Virus record (IMG/VR): IMGVR_UViG_3300033067_001864
Coordinates: 1 to 37,996 of that record
Direction: 5' to 3' (one strand)
DNA: 37,996 bases
DNA from: a virus
Lineage: Duplodnaviria > Caudoviricetes
Below the pieces are notes generated by a model. That model ran no database searches. It was not told the origin of the DNA and saw only the letters and a list, made by a program, of their open reading frames with translations. The position numbers were made by a program, and so were the translations under genes. Positions 19,027-28,019 of this stretch are shown one piece after another. Each line of letters starts with the position of its first letter. The stretch's first letter is position 1.

Positions 19027-20079
19027 CTACTTCTTGGCTTTCTTCTCCTGACGCTTCACGGGTCGCGTAGCCTTCTCTACGCCCACACGGGACTTCTCTA
19101 CGGTCCGAGGCTCGCTTTCTACCGCCGGCGCCTCTTCGGCCGCTACAGGGGCTTCTACGCCCTCCTCGACGATCGGAGCTTCCGCTTCGTCTTCCGCGAA
19201 GAGATCCTCGATCTCCTTCGCCGCGTCGTCGGCCCAGCCGATGAACACCATGCCGGGCTGTTTCTTCGTGATCTCGACGTGCCGTTCAGGTACGTCCACG
19301 GTCATGCCGGCAGGGTTCCGGAAGTATGCGAATCGTTCGGTCTGTTTTTTCATGTAGAGAGATGGCCCGCGTGGGCGTGATTGTTTATAAGTGGCTACTT
19401 CTTTTGCGATCGTATCATGCACCTTCGCTTCATCGAACGCTTCGGCTGTGTCTGACTTCAGCATCGCGTAGTACGCATGGCCGAGATGGATCTGATTCGG
19501 ATCGTACTTCTCGTACCGCGCGATCTTGCGCTTCCGGTCCTCCTTCGCCATGAGCCCTTTGTGCAGGAGGAGGAACGGCGCATAGCGGTTGTATGCGCGC
19601 GCCCATTCCGGAGCGAGGCCGCAATGCACGGGCTTCTTCGTGAAGTCGATGATCCCGTTCCATCTGAAGATGCGGACATTCCAGAAGCACGAATCCGGCT
19701 TGTAGTGTTTCGGATCATTCCAGAGATCCACAATGAAGACGTGGTACGCATCGAGCTCCGCCTCCATGAGCCATTGCTTCGTGAGGCGCGGCATCGTCTC
19801 GTCCATATCGAGGCATACGACCATATCGCCGGGTTCGGCGTACTTCGTGATCTCGCGCTGAAGAAAGTCCTGCTTGATCTTCCATTGCGATACGCCCCAC
19901 TCGCGATCGTCTTGCACCATCTTGAATCCGTATTCGGCGATCAGGGTGCGCTCGTCGGCGCCGGCATTGTTCACGAGGATCACGACCACATCGCATAGAC
20001 GCGCGAAATCATCGAGCGTCTCGCGCATGTAGCGCTTCGCTTCTCCCGGTCCGCAAATGCCGTAGCCGACTACCTTCAT
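19027..20079 (-). CDS. GT2-like glycosyltransferase with a C-terminal extra domain and acidic/basic tail
   Basis: CLDMDE DxD motif, RIFRW, HCG and LLHKG. The last ~108 aa form a separate domain plus a low-complexity tail. Confidence 0.7.
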   Translation of the reverse strand: MKVVGYGICGPGEAKRYMRETLDDFARLCDVVVILVNNAGADERTLIAEYGFKMVQDDREWGVSQWKIKQDFLQREITKYAEPGDMVVCLDMDETMPRLTKQWLMEAELDAYHVFIVDLWNDPKHYKPDSCFWNVRIFRWNGIIDFTKKPVHCGLAPEWARAYNRYAPFLLLHKGLMAKEDRKRKIARYEKYDPNQIHLGHAYYAMLKSDTAEAFDEAKVHDTIAKEVATYKQSRPRGPSLYMKKQTERFAYFRNPAGMTVDVPERHVEITKKQPGMVFIGWADDAAKEIEDLFAEDEAEAPIVEEGVEAPVAAEEAPAVESEPRTVEKSRVGVEKATRPVKRQEKKAKK

Positions 20080-20384
20080 ATCTTGAAGACGGAATCGACC
20101 TGTTCCTTACGCACGCGCTTCTCGTCGCCGGGCTGGTAGCCGACCATTTCAAGGAAGGCGTAGTTCAGCTCGCGACCATCAAGCAACTGCTGACGCTTCA
20201 GGTTCAGCTTCTCCCGCTTCTGCTTGTCCGGTTCCTTGTTCGCTAGGCGCTTGTGATTCGCCGCCTGAAGTTCCGCGTTCGCTATCTGCGAGAGCGTGTT
20301 CTCGATCGTCGCCCGGAGCGTCTCCTCCTGAATCTTCCGCGGCACTAAATACTTCTTTGAGGTGTCGTTGTTGTTTGCGGGCAT
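20076..20384 (-). CDS. Hypothetical protein (102 aa, helical)
   Basis: AT-rich upstream region (CTTAAAAATAAAGGAAAGAAATATG). Stop overlaps the next ATG (ATGA). Confidence 0.6.
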   Translation of the reverse strand: MPANNNDTSKKYLVPRKIQEETLRATIENTLSQIANAELQAANHKRLANKEPDKQKREKLNLKRQQLLDGRELNYAFLEMVGYQPGDEKRVRKEQVDSVFKI

Positions 20385-20736
20385 ATTTCTTTCCTTTATT
20401 TTTAAGATAATCCCATTGCGGCGCTTCTTTAGGAAGGCGGCCAGCCTTCACAGCAAGAGCGATCTCCGCTTCGAGATAGGCGTCGATAGCCTTTTCGGTA
20501 TCGAAGTTCACCACTTCGACTTCCCGATCGAGCACGCCTGAATCGAGCATGAGCTGAAAGCGCTCCCGCTGTTCCGGCGTGATCGTCGGATCTTCGAGAG
20601 CCTTCCCGAAGAGCATCTTCGCCGTAGGCGCGATCGTCGTCTTCGTCATGAGATTCGCAATGAGCTCGCGGGGGATCCCGTCCATGATGCGCTTCAGCTC
20701 GCGCATAACTTGTTTTTCGAGTTTGCGGGAAGCCAT
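20179..20736 (-). CDS. Hypothetical protein (185 aa)
   Basis: Start moved to ATG 20736 (MASRKLEK), 2 nt after the upstream stop. The acidic C-terminal tail overlaps the next gene by 206 nt. Confidence 0.65.
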   Translation of the reverse strand: MASRKLEKQVMRELKRIMDGIPRELIANLMTKTTIAPTAKMLFGKALEDPTITPEQRERFQLMLDSGVLDREVEVVNFDTEKAIDAYLEAEIALAVKAGRLPKEAPQWDYLKNKGKKYARKQQRHLKEVFSAAEDSGGDAPGDDREHALADSERGTSGGESQAPSEQGTGQAEAGEAEPEASAVA

Positions 20737-20738
20737 AT

Positions 20739-21380
20739 CTAGCCTTGCATCTTCGCGATGATCTTCTGTCGTTCGCGCGGGGTTGCGTTCGGCGTGAGGA
20801 TATTGATATCGTCGGCCGGCCACACCTTCTTCACCTTCCAATTCTCGATAGCGACCTTCAGCTCCGCATCCGTCGCGTTCTTCACGACGTCGGCCGTAGC
20901 CTTGCGATGCGCGGCTTCGAGCTTTTCGAGCTTATCCTCCTCGCGCGCGACGATGCCGCGGAGACGGATGATCTTCTGCTTGCCGGCTTCGTTCACGGTA
21001 TCGGATGGATCGCCTTCCATATCGATAACTTCATCCATGAGAATGCGGTCCTCCTGATTCCGGTAGCGTGCGATCGTCTTCTTCAGCTCTTCGATCTCCG
21101 GAGCGAGCTTATTAGCCGCGGCAAGCGATTCCTTCACGACGCGCTGGTACGTCGTACCGTCGGACTGGCCGATGAACTGGAAATCCTTGAACTTCCACGA
21201 GCTCGTATTGTTCAGCATGTCCCACGCTTCCTTCTCTTCGACTGCGATCACTTCTCCTGCGCGCTTGCCGGATCCACGGCGTACGAACCACGTAGGCTTC
21301 GGGGCCGTTTCTTGTGCGACCATCGACGGATTCAGATCCCGTCCCTTCAATTCGTCTACGCTTGGGGGTGCTTCGTTCAT
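20739..21380 (-). CDS. Hypothetical capsid-adjacent protein (213 aa)
   Basis: Start ATG 21380 (MNEAPP), 8 nt after extended -10 TGCTATCCT. Coiled-coil core. Confidence 0.7.
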   Translation of the reverse strand: MNEAPPSVDELKGRDLNPSMVAQETAPKPTWFVRRGSGKRAGEVIAVEEKEAWDMLNNTSSWKFKDFQFIGQSDGTTYQRVVKESLAAANKLAPEIEELKKTIARYRNQEDRILMDEVIDMEGDPSDTVNEAGKQKIIRLRGIVAREEDKLEKLEAAHRKATADVVKNATDAELKVAIENWKVKKVWPADDINILTPNATPRERQKIIAKMQG

Positions 21381-21399
21381 TGCGGAAAAGGATAGCACA

Positions 21400-21435
21400 G
21401 CAAAAGGGCCAGCGCGCTAGCGCTAGCCCTTTTGC
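21400..21435. terminator. Intrinsic terminator after the major capsid gene (bidirectional-type hairpin)
   Basis: GCAAAAGGGCCAGCGC-GCTA-GCGCTAGCCCTTTTGC. It also contains the CGCTAGCGCTAGC operator-like motif. Confidence 0.7.
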
Positions 21436-21461
21436 GTGTCGATAACCTACTACGCAATAGG

Positions 21462-22409
21462 TTAGGACATCTTCGCGGTCGAGTTCGCGTTCACGACCAC
21501 AGCGGCCGATTCACGGAGAACTGCGACGCCGATCAACTCATCAGCGACGGTAAGCATACCGAGGTTCTGAAGGAGGTAGTCGGACTGGACGCGAATACCG
21601 GACGGGGTTGAACCCGTGCCGCCGCCGATTCCCGGCGTCTGACGTACGTAGCCGAATGCGCTCTTATGAGCGAACAGGTTGCGGTACGTCTGAAGACCGG
21701 ACACGATGCGGGTCGTGATGTAGCACGGCTGATCGTAGAGGATTCCACGAAGGCCACGCGACATATCCATCTTCCCGAAAACTCCATCACGGATGAAGTT
21801 CAGGTTCGAAGCATACTGGGAGTAATACTTCGAGATTCCGCCGAGTTGCGTCCAGAAGACGAACGGGTGGAAGAAGAAGGCAGTCTCGGAAAGTTCGAGG
21901 TTCAGCGAATCGAGCGCATTGATCGCGTCGCGAATCTCGGCATCCGAGAGCACAGTCGCCGTGTCGCCGACGACGTTCGTCGTAACGGAGCTCCAGAGTG
22001 CCGCGAGGGCATCTTCGAGCGCCACCATGAGAACGTTCATCGCCTCTTCGGCGTACATCTTGTTCAGCTTATCGCTGAAGGCAAGCTGCTTGATCGTCGC
22101 ATCTCCGAAGATCCACGCTACGTAGTAGTGCAGGTTCACGGAGAGCGTTACGTCCACCTGTGCAGGGGACTGATCTACCACGCCGTCTCCCTCGTTCGTC
22201 TGCGTAGACGCCGTGAAGATGTTCGTGTAGATGTTCGGCACGTGAAGCGTATCTCCACCGTCCGCCATAAGGTATGACAGGTCGGTAAAGAAGTTCGCGA
22301 GCACGGCCTTCGGGAACTTGGGTTCGAGCATGAAGTCGCCCCAAATCTCCGGCGTGGTTGCGGCCACGTCTGCGGCGGTAAACGCCGCGGTAGGGTTCGG
22401 GAAAGCCAT
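21462..22409 (-). CDS. Major capsid protein (P22 coat-like, HK97 fold)
   Basis: Motifs PEIW near the N-terminus, GDTLHVP, GILYD, FAHKSAFG and ADELIGVAVLR. Lies directly after the scaffold gene. Confidence 0.85.
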   Translation of the reverse strand: MAFPNPTAAFTAADVAATTPEIWGDFMLEPKFPKAVLANFFTDLSYLMADGGDTLHVPNIYTNIFTASTQTNEGDGVVDQSPAQVDVTLSVNLHYYVAWIFGDATIKQLAFSDKLNKMYAEEAMNVLMVALEDALAALWSSVTTNVVGDTATVLSDAEIRDAINALDSLNLELSETAFFFHPFVFWTQLGGISKYYSQYASNLNFIRDGVFGKMDMSRGLRGILYDQPCYITTRIVSGLQTYRNLFAHKSAFGYVRQTPGIGGGTGSTPSGIRVQSDYLLQNLGMLTVADELIGVAVLRESAAVVVNANSTAKMS

Positions 22410-22444
22410 AGGGCAGTATCGCTAGGAAGCGCCCTACGAGAATC

Positions 22445-23107
22445 TTATCCGCGGCCTTTCTGACGGTCGAGAATCTCCTGACGACGGTTCGCGAGATTGC
22501 TCCTGCGGTCCGCGTCGGAAAGGTTCTTATCGGCCTTTCCTCCGGATCTCCCTGACGGACGATGATTCCCCGAAGGGACATTCGTCTTTGCCTTCTTGGC
22601 CGCACGATGGCCTTCGAGCGCTCCCTTCACGATCGGATCGCGGAGGGTCTTCGCCGTGGGCTTTTTCGACAGTCGGAATACGACGTCTACTTCATCGGGC
22701 GATAGCTGATTCTCGTACCCGAACTGCCTCTTCGCTTCGAGCTGATCCGCCTTGCGTTGGTTAGCTTCGATGCGATCGAGGCGTTCCGATTCCTTCGCTT
22801 GCGCGGAGGATGGACGCTTCTTATCAGGTAAGTCCCTTTTTTTAGAAGAGTTCCGCTGGGAAGCGGCCCGACGATTCGCCTCTTTCGAGAGAATCTTCTT
22901 CAGGTCTTTGCGAGTAAGAGGCTTATCGTCATCGTCGGAATCTTCCTCATCGGAATCATCGTCCTCGGAGTCGTCCTCATCGTCGTCGTCTTCGGAATCC
23001 TCATCGGATTCGTCGGCGTCGTCTTCTTCCTCATCATCGTCCTGATCTTCATCGAGGTCTTCTTCTTCAACGTTGTCCTCGTCCACGTTCTCATCTGGTT
23101 TAGGCAT
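22445..23107 (-). CDS. Capsid scaffolding protein
   Basis: Very acidic N-terminal ~60 aa and charged helical remainder. Lies immediately upstream of the capsid gene. Confidence 0.7.
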   Translation of the reverse strand: MPKPDENVDEDNVEEEDLDEDQDDDEEEDDADESDEDSEDDDDEDDSEDDDSDEEDSDDDDKPLTRKDLKKILSKEANRRAASQRNSSKKRDLPDKKRPSSAQAKESERLDRIEANQRKADQLEAKRQFGYENQLSPDEVDVVFRLSKKPTAKTLRDPIVKGALEGHRAAKKAKTNVPSGNHRPSGRSGGKADKNLSDADRRSNLANRRQEILDRQKGRG

Positions 23108-23205
23108 AGATGGTGTTGGCCGCTTTCGGGATTCGGCCGCCCGTTATTAGTAATACTAGGCCATCATCGCACAGATGCCGAGGCCGCTAGCGCAAGTCGT
23201 GTGCA

Positions 23206-23475
23206 TTACTCGTACTCGTCGCGATCGAGGGGCTTCGATATCCGGACTTCGTGCGTGAGATGTTCGATCAGCTCGTCCGCGAAATCCTTGAACAAAAGGC
23301 GCCCTTCTACCTGATCATTGAAATCCTTATCCCGGTCCACGCTATCGAGCGAGCATAGCTGATTCTTCACCTTCCGGATGATCTCGACGAGTTCCTTTCC
23401 GTACGGGTTGCGACCGACGGTTCCTAACACGCGCTTATCGTGTTCGGAAAGCGTGAGGATGATCTCTTTAGCCAT
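23206..23475 (-). CDS. Hypothetical protein between portal and scaffold (89 aa)
   Basis: ATG overlaps the portal stop (TAATG). Confidence 0.75.
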   Translation of the reverse strand: MAKEIILTLSEHDKRVLGTVGRNPYGKELVEIIRKVKNQLCSLDSVDRDKDFNDQVEGRLLFKDFADELIEHLTHEVRISKPLDRDEYE

Positions 23476-25271
23476 TACGCTACTTTAGCAGGTGCGGGCG
23501 CCGGAATCGGGCCGGGACTGTCTGAAGCGGGTGCATCGACCGGAGGCATACCCGGAGCCGCGGCCTTCGGAGCAGGGCCGAGGACGCTATCGAGGTTCTT
23601 GCCGCGCTTTGCGAAGATCATCTTCAGGACATTATCCGCGCGCGGATCTCCCTTCTGGACCATCGCCTGATAGAGCGAGGTAAGGTCCGCAAGTTCAGGG
23701 CCGATATCATCGACGAGGTTCAGCTTCATGTAGTATTCCGCGTCCTTGTAGTATTTCGACGGCACGCTGATGAATGCGTACTGGTTGCGCGCGAACTCTT
23801 CCGCTACCTGTTCGCGGACCATCGCAGGATCCGGACGCTTATCGCCCATGATGCCGTCCCATATGCGGAGGTTCGTGTGGTACGTGATGATCTCTTCCTT
23901 CAGGTTCTCGACGCCGGATTCGCCCATAGAGACGATCGCTTCGTGCTCGATCTTATAGTCCTTCTGGAACAGCGGCACGAGCTGATCGAAGAAGCATCGG
24001 ATCAGGAAGTTCGAGAAAGTCTCACGTACGAGCGTGAAGTGTTGCGCCACGGACTGCTGAAGGATCACGCCGAGACGGAACGGAGTATTCGAAGGAAGCG
24101 CTTCGCCGGTTGCGACTTCGAAGGCGAAGGCGTTCTGACGGGAGTTCTCATCCCATGACTTCTCATCGTTCGCGATGTCGCCGGTGTGCTGATTATTCGT
24201 ATTGAGCTGACCGGCCGTGCGGCCCTTGCCGAGCTTCAGCACTTCGCCGTCCTTCACTTCCATCACGAGGTTCTGCTGAATGTTGTCGTCGTCGGAATAG
24301 AAGATCTTCTTCGTAGCCCACAGGATGCCGCGGCGGCGGAGGTTTGCGTTCAGGTTGCGGGAGATCTGCGCTTCGAGTTGCTTCTCCACTTCGCCCACGC
24401 CGAGCCAGCGACCATCGCGCTTCTCGACATGACACTCTTCGAGCGGGAAGGTATCCTCGTCGATCTCCTGAAGGTAGACGAGCTTCGAGCCGAACGACTT
24501 CGTTCCGGCGCCTTCGAGGATCAGCATCGCCATAGCACAGACCATCTCCTCATCCTTCTTCGGCTTGTATTGTGAAATCTGAAGGTCCGTCATTCCCTCC
24601 CATCCATCGATCAGTCCCTTCGGCACGAGCGCATAGCGTTCGAACACTTGGAACGTTCCGTCCTTATCGAGATCTTCGAGATCCCAGTCCGGATATTCAT
24701 CCATCTCGTTATAGTGGAACTCGTTCTCGATCAGGACGTAGCCGCCGTATGCGGCCGCTTTGTATAGAGACTTTGCCGTTTGCGTATTGCGGAGAGAGCG
24801 AAGCGGCACGCGCTCCGTACACTTATCGAGCTTCTTCACGACGACGGAACCGTACGTCGCAAGGTCATGAGCCATCTCGTCGATCTGATCATCGTATCCG
24901 TGGATGGAGGCCCACAGTTTGAACATGCGGTCGAAGAGCCATACGACCCACGTATACGCGAGTGAGCGCGGCTCGAAGATATAGTTCGCGACGTTGATAT
25001 TGATCTTCATCTTCATCACGTCGCGATAGAAGTTCACGATGTTGAGGAAGGTCTTGCGCTGACCTTCGTCGTCCCAGATACCCTTCTTGTATTTGGAAGC
25101 ACACGCGAGATCGATCGAGTCGAGAAGATCCTTCTGCGAGAAGTAGTAGCCGCCACGCTCGCCCTTCTGGATGTTGTGCTCGTTCTCTGACTTCGGTTTG
25201 CCGACGATATAGATACCGCGGCTATCGAAATCCTTGATCTCCTCCCCGGTCTTTTCGAAGATGTTGAACAT
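23475..25271 (-). CDS. Portal protein
   Basis: ~600-aa ORF after terL with LATYGSVVVK, GRWLGVGEVE and TGEALPSNTP. Start likely ATG 25271, 7 nt after TGCTATGCT (the track start of 25283 lies inside that -10 box). Confidence 0.8.
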   Translation of the reverse strand: MFNIFEKTGEEIKDFDSRGIYIVGKPKSENEHNIQKGERGGYYFSQKDLLDSIDLACASKYKKGIWDDEGQRKTFLNIVNFYRDVMKMKININVANYIFEPRSLAYTWVVWLFDRMFKLWASIHGYDDQIDEMAHDLATYGSVVVKKLDKCTERVPLRSLRNTQTAKSLYKAAAYGGYVLIENEFHYNEMDEYPDWDLEDLDKDGTFQVFERYALVPKGLIDGWEGMTDLQISQYKPKKDEEMVCAMAMLILEGAGTKSFGSKLVYLQEIDEDTFPLEECHVEKRDGRWLGVGEVEKQLEAQISRNLNANLRRRGILWATKKIFYSDDDNIQQNLVMEVKDGEVLKLGKGRTAGQLNTNNQHTGDIANDEKSWDENSRQNAFAFEVATGEALPSNTPFRLGVILQQSVAQHFTLVRETFSNFLIRCFFDQLVPLFQKDYKIEHEAIVSMGESGVENLKEEIITYHTNLRIWDGIMGDKRPDPAMVREQVAEEFARNQYAFISVPSKYYKDAEYYMKLNLVDDIGPELADLTSLYQAMVQKGDPRADNVLKMIFAKRGKNLDSVLGPAPKAAAPGMPPVDAPASDSPGPIPAPAPAKVA

Positions 25272-25310
25272 TACGTGAAGCATAGCATCGCCTCCGGATT
25301 CAAATATGCG

Positions 25311-26894
25311 TTATTCAAACGAGGAGCCGTATGCCTTGCGGCCGTGCATGGGGCGGTCGAGGAGCTTCGTGATCGCGTTCGGGACCGTCGGGACAAGCGG
25401 CTTCACCTTGCGCTTCGGGGCGCCGTTGAGGTCCACATACGCTTCTTCGGCGAGCATCCACGAATCGGCATAGTCGTCATGGTACGGGCAATTATCGTAG
25501 TCATGATCTCCGGACCGGCAGTTCCCCTTCGGGTGATGGACCACGAGCATATTGCCTATCGTCTCCTTTTCGAGATTCTGCATCTGCTCGAAGAAGTGCT
25601 TATGCTCGTCGGATACCCACTCCTTCCCGTCCTTCCACATGGGGATCTTCGTCGTCTTGTCGGCGATCACGATCTGAAGGTTCGCGTACATGAGCGACTT
25701 CGAGGGGCGACTGAACTTCGTACGGATCACGTAGTAGCGGGTGTTCGTCTCGAACCAGTCGGCGAGCCAGTCGCCGCGGGTCGTATCGATAGCGATCGCC
25801 TTCACGCCTCCGGATAAGGATCGGTTCGTTCCCTTCAGAACGGTTTGCACCGTCGCATCGATATCCTTAGCCTCGTCGATTCCCACGTAGAGATCGAAGC
25901 CGGTATGCACGCGAGCAAGGCGTTCGAGCTGTCCATTCAGGATCTCCGCCGCGGCGACGCTGTTCTCCCCCTGCATCTCGATCCATTGCGGAAGCAGTTC
26001 TTTATCCGGCGCCTTCGCATTCACAAGCGCGAGGAGCTCTTCCTCTGACGTGAAGTTCTTCAGGGATCCTTTGAAGAGATCGTCCTCACTCATCGGATAG
26101 TCGCGCCTGAAGCCGTCCATATCGACGTACTCCGACTTGATCACGGCCATTTCTTCTTCGCTATAGAACTCCCCCGCCCCATAGAAGCGGTTCGTGAAGC
26201 GTGATCGGCCGAGCTTCGAATCCTTCCACATGGAATGCTGATACGTTCCGATGCCGTTCTCCGTTGATTCGGCGAAGATCCATCCGCCGGATACGTCCAC
26301 CTGACGCATCGTAGCTTCGATCATCTCGCTCGCGAGCATCTTCTGCGTATCCGGATAGAAGGCGATCTCCGAGAAGAGGATCTTATGTCGCACACCGCCG
26401 CGGCCGCCCACTCGTGCGCTCGCGGTATTACATTGAAAGTGCGCCTTGTTCCAGCGGATCTCGATATCATCTGCATCTACGGAGAGGACTGCGGCCGCCA
26501 CTTCTTCGAGGATGTTCACGTTCTGCTGAATCTGTTCGGTCGTGATGCCGTTCTCTTTCGCGAAATAGGAGAGGACGTACGTGCGGTAGCGCTTCCGGAA
26601 GACGGCGGTCGCATCATCCTTGTACGAGAGGACGTCCGTTTCCGTCGGGTTCTCCTGCATGATGTCGTCGGCCGCAAAGAGCGCGAGGATCAGGGACGAG
26701 AAACCCTCGCGACGGGCCTTCAGGATGTTCTCGCGGATCGGAACGGCGATCCCTTTATTCTCGATGTCGTACTGCGCTACGAGATCGTCATAGTATTTGT
26801 TCTGCACCACGTTGAACACGAACGGCACGAGCTCGCCGGAGTTCGCCTTATCGATCAGGAAGTTCTCCTCGATGAGTTGTCGGTAGCGGATCAT
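25311..26894 (-). CDS. terL: Terminase large subunit
   Basis: Walker A-like ILKARREGFSS, Walker B ILFSEIAFYP and AESTENG. Nuclease motifs VGIDEA, IAIDTT and HDDYADS. Confidence 0.9.
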   Translation of the reverse strand: MIRYRQLIEENFLIDKANSGELVPFVFNVVQNKYYDDLVAQYDIENKGIAVPIRENILKARREGFSSLILALFAADDIMQENPTETDVLSYKDDATAVFRKRYRTYVLSYFAKENGITTEQIQQNVNILEEVAAAVLSVDADDIEIRWNKAHFQCNTASARVGGRGGVRHKILFSEIAFYPDTQKMLASEMIEATMRQVDVSGGWIFAESTENGIGTYQHSMWKDSKLGRSRFTNRFYGAGEFYSEEEMAVIKSEYVDMDGFRRDYPMSEDDLFKGSLKNFTSEEELLALVNAKAPDKELLPQWIEMQGENSVAAAEILNGQLERLARVHTGFDLYVGIDEAKDIDATVQTVLKGTNRSLSGGVKAIAIDTTRGDWLADWFETNTRYYVIRTKFSRPSKSLMYANLQIVIADKTTKIPMWKDGKEWVSDEHKHFFEQMQNLEKETIGNMLVVHHPKGNCRSGDHDYDNCPYHDDYADSWMLAEEAYVDLNGAPKRKVKPLVPTVPNAITKLLDRPMHGRKAYGSSFE

Positions 26895-27418
26895 GCGGCA
26901 TATCGTTCCTTTCCGGAAGACGGACTGATATTGAAATTGAAGCCTACCTTCACGCCCGGCTGTTTGCCGTAGAGATCCTTCTTCAGCGCCGGCAACACGA
27001 TCTCCGCTACCTTCGACTTCTCTTTCATGATCGAAGTGCTATGGACCATGATCGGCTTCCCTCTTTTGAAGATCTCCGTTCCATCCTTGCGCTTCTTCCC
27101 TGTCGGAATCTTCTCGAACAACGGGCCGAACGCGCCCATCGCTTGCACGAGAATAGGAACTTCGAGCACCTCGTCGAGATGCTTTTCAGCCATCATCACG
27201 CGCCGGTCGTTTCGGATAATTTCAGATACGGCTTCCGGCATGGAAAGTGTGATCTTCTTCGCGTAGCTATCGCTGTATTTCGCGGCGATCGCGGATGCGT
27301 ATGCGTTGCCGTATGTAGGAGACTGCGGATCGGTATACGCCGCGGCGAAAGCGATCTGCCGCGGATCGATGATCTCCGGCTTCTCTTTCTTTACTTTCAC
27401 GAGTGCCTTCTTCGCCAT
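26891..27418 (-). CDS. terS: Terminase small subunit
   Basis: PRQIAFAAAY…GNAYASAIAAKYSDSYA HTH motif typical of small terminases. Start ATG 27418, 6 nt after TATCAT. Coupled to terL. Confidence 0.75.
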   Translation of the reverse strand: MAKKALVKVKKEKPEIIDPRQIAFAAAYTDPQSPTYGNAYASAIAAKYSDSYAKKITLSMPEAVSEIIRNDRRVMMAEKHLDEVLEVPILVQAMGAFGPLFEKIPTGKKRKDGTEIFKRGKPIMVHSTSIMKEKSKVAEIVLPALKKDLYGKQPGVKVGFNFNISPSSGKERYAA

Positions 27419-27450
27419 ATCGACATGATACCGCAAGCGCTAGCAAATGT

Positions 27451-27529
27451 TCATGCTCTGTGCCGATCGTAGGCGGGATGGAGAGCGGGCAAAAATCCCA
27501 CGATCGGCACAAGGCATGACGCCTTGTGC
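27451..27529 (-). repeat. Three-segment inverted-repeat element (alternative hairpins), copy 2
   Basis: 20-bp imperfect inverted repeat 27451-27470 / 27500-27519. It competes with hairpin GCACAAGGC-ATGAC-GCCTTGTGC (27507-27529). Confidence 0.75.
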
Positions 27530-27534
27530 GGGAA

Positions 27535-27915
27535 CTACTTCTTTCCCTTCTTCGCCGGCTTATCCGACTTCTCCTCTTCAGGAGCATCTTCGGATTCGTC
27601 GTCGGCATCCGCTTCGGATGCTTCGCCTTCAGCGAGTGCATCGCGGCGACGCTGTTCGGACTTCGAGACAGTCTCTTCCACCGGAGCGGCCGGAGCTGTC
27701 TTTTCAGCCTTGAACGTAGCCGGATTCGCACGGAGGCGCCTGATCGTAGCCGCATCCTGCGGATCTTCCGGATCGAGCATCGCGGCAAGTATGACCTTGC
27801 CCGTGTCGAGAAGCGGCTTCGCGTCCTTGTCGTCGAGCGCGAGCTGGTTGCCCAGCGCGTACGAAACGCCGTCGGATTCGAAGACCTTCACGACTTTGTA
27901 TCTTCCTATGGCCAT
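27535..27915 (-). CDS. Hypothetical protein (126 aa; small N-terminal domain plus acidic/basic disordered tail)
   Basis: AT-rich context before ATG. The domain GRYKVVKVF…DGVSY…LALDDKDAKPLLDTG resembles small phage head-region proteins. Confidence 0.75.
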   Translation of the reverse strand: MAIGRYKVVKVFESDGVSYALGNQLALDDKDAKPLLDTGKVILAAMLDPEDPQDAATIRRLRANPATFKAEKTAPAAPVEETVSKSEQRRRDALAEGEASEADADDESEDAPEEEKSDKPAKKGKK

Positions 27916-27934
27916 AAGAATGAAATTATTGATA

Positions 27935-28013
27935 ACGGGATTACGTCCCGTGCGATGCGCTCGACCTCGTAGATCAGAAGACCTACCCGCATCGCACGAG
28001 ACGTATCTCGTGC
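27935..28013 (-). repeat. Three-segment inverted-repeat element (alternative hairpins), copy 1
   Basis: 18-bp inverted repeat 27942-27959 / 27988-28005. It competes with hairpins at 27994-28013 and 27935-27951. Confidence 0.75.
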
Positions 28014-28019
28014 AGGGGC

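Noticed and set aside
22920-23095. Tandem repeat region
   Set aside because: Low-complexity Asp/Glu codons of the scaffold N-terminus, not a discrete repeat unit.
27451-28013. CRISPR mini-array or IS/MITE ends around the 126-aa gene
   Set aside because: No identical direct repeats with spacers, no cas or transposase gene, no target-site duplication. The two elements share architecture but little sequence.
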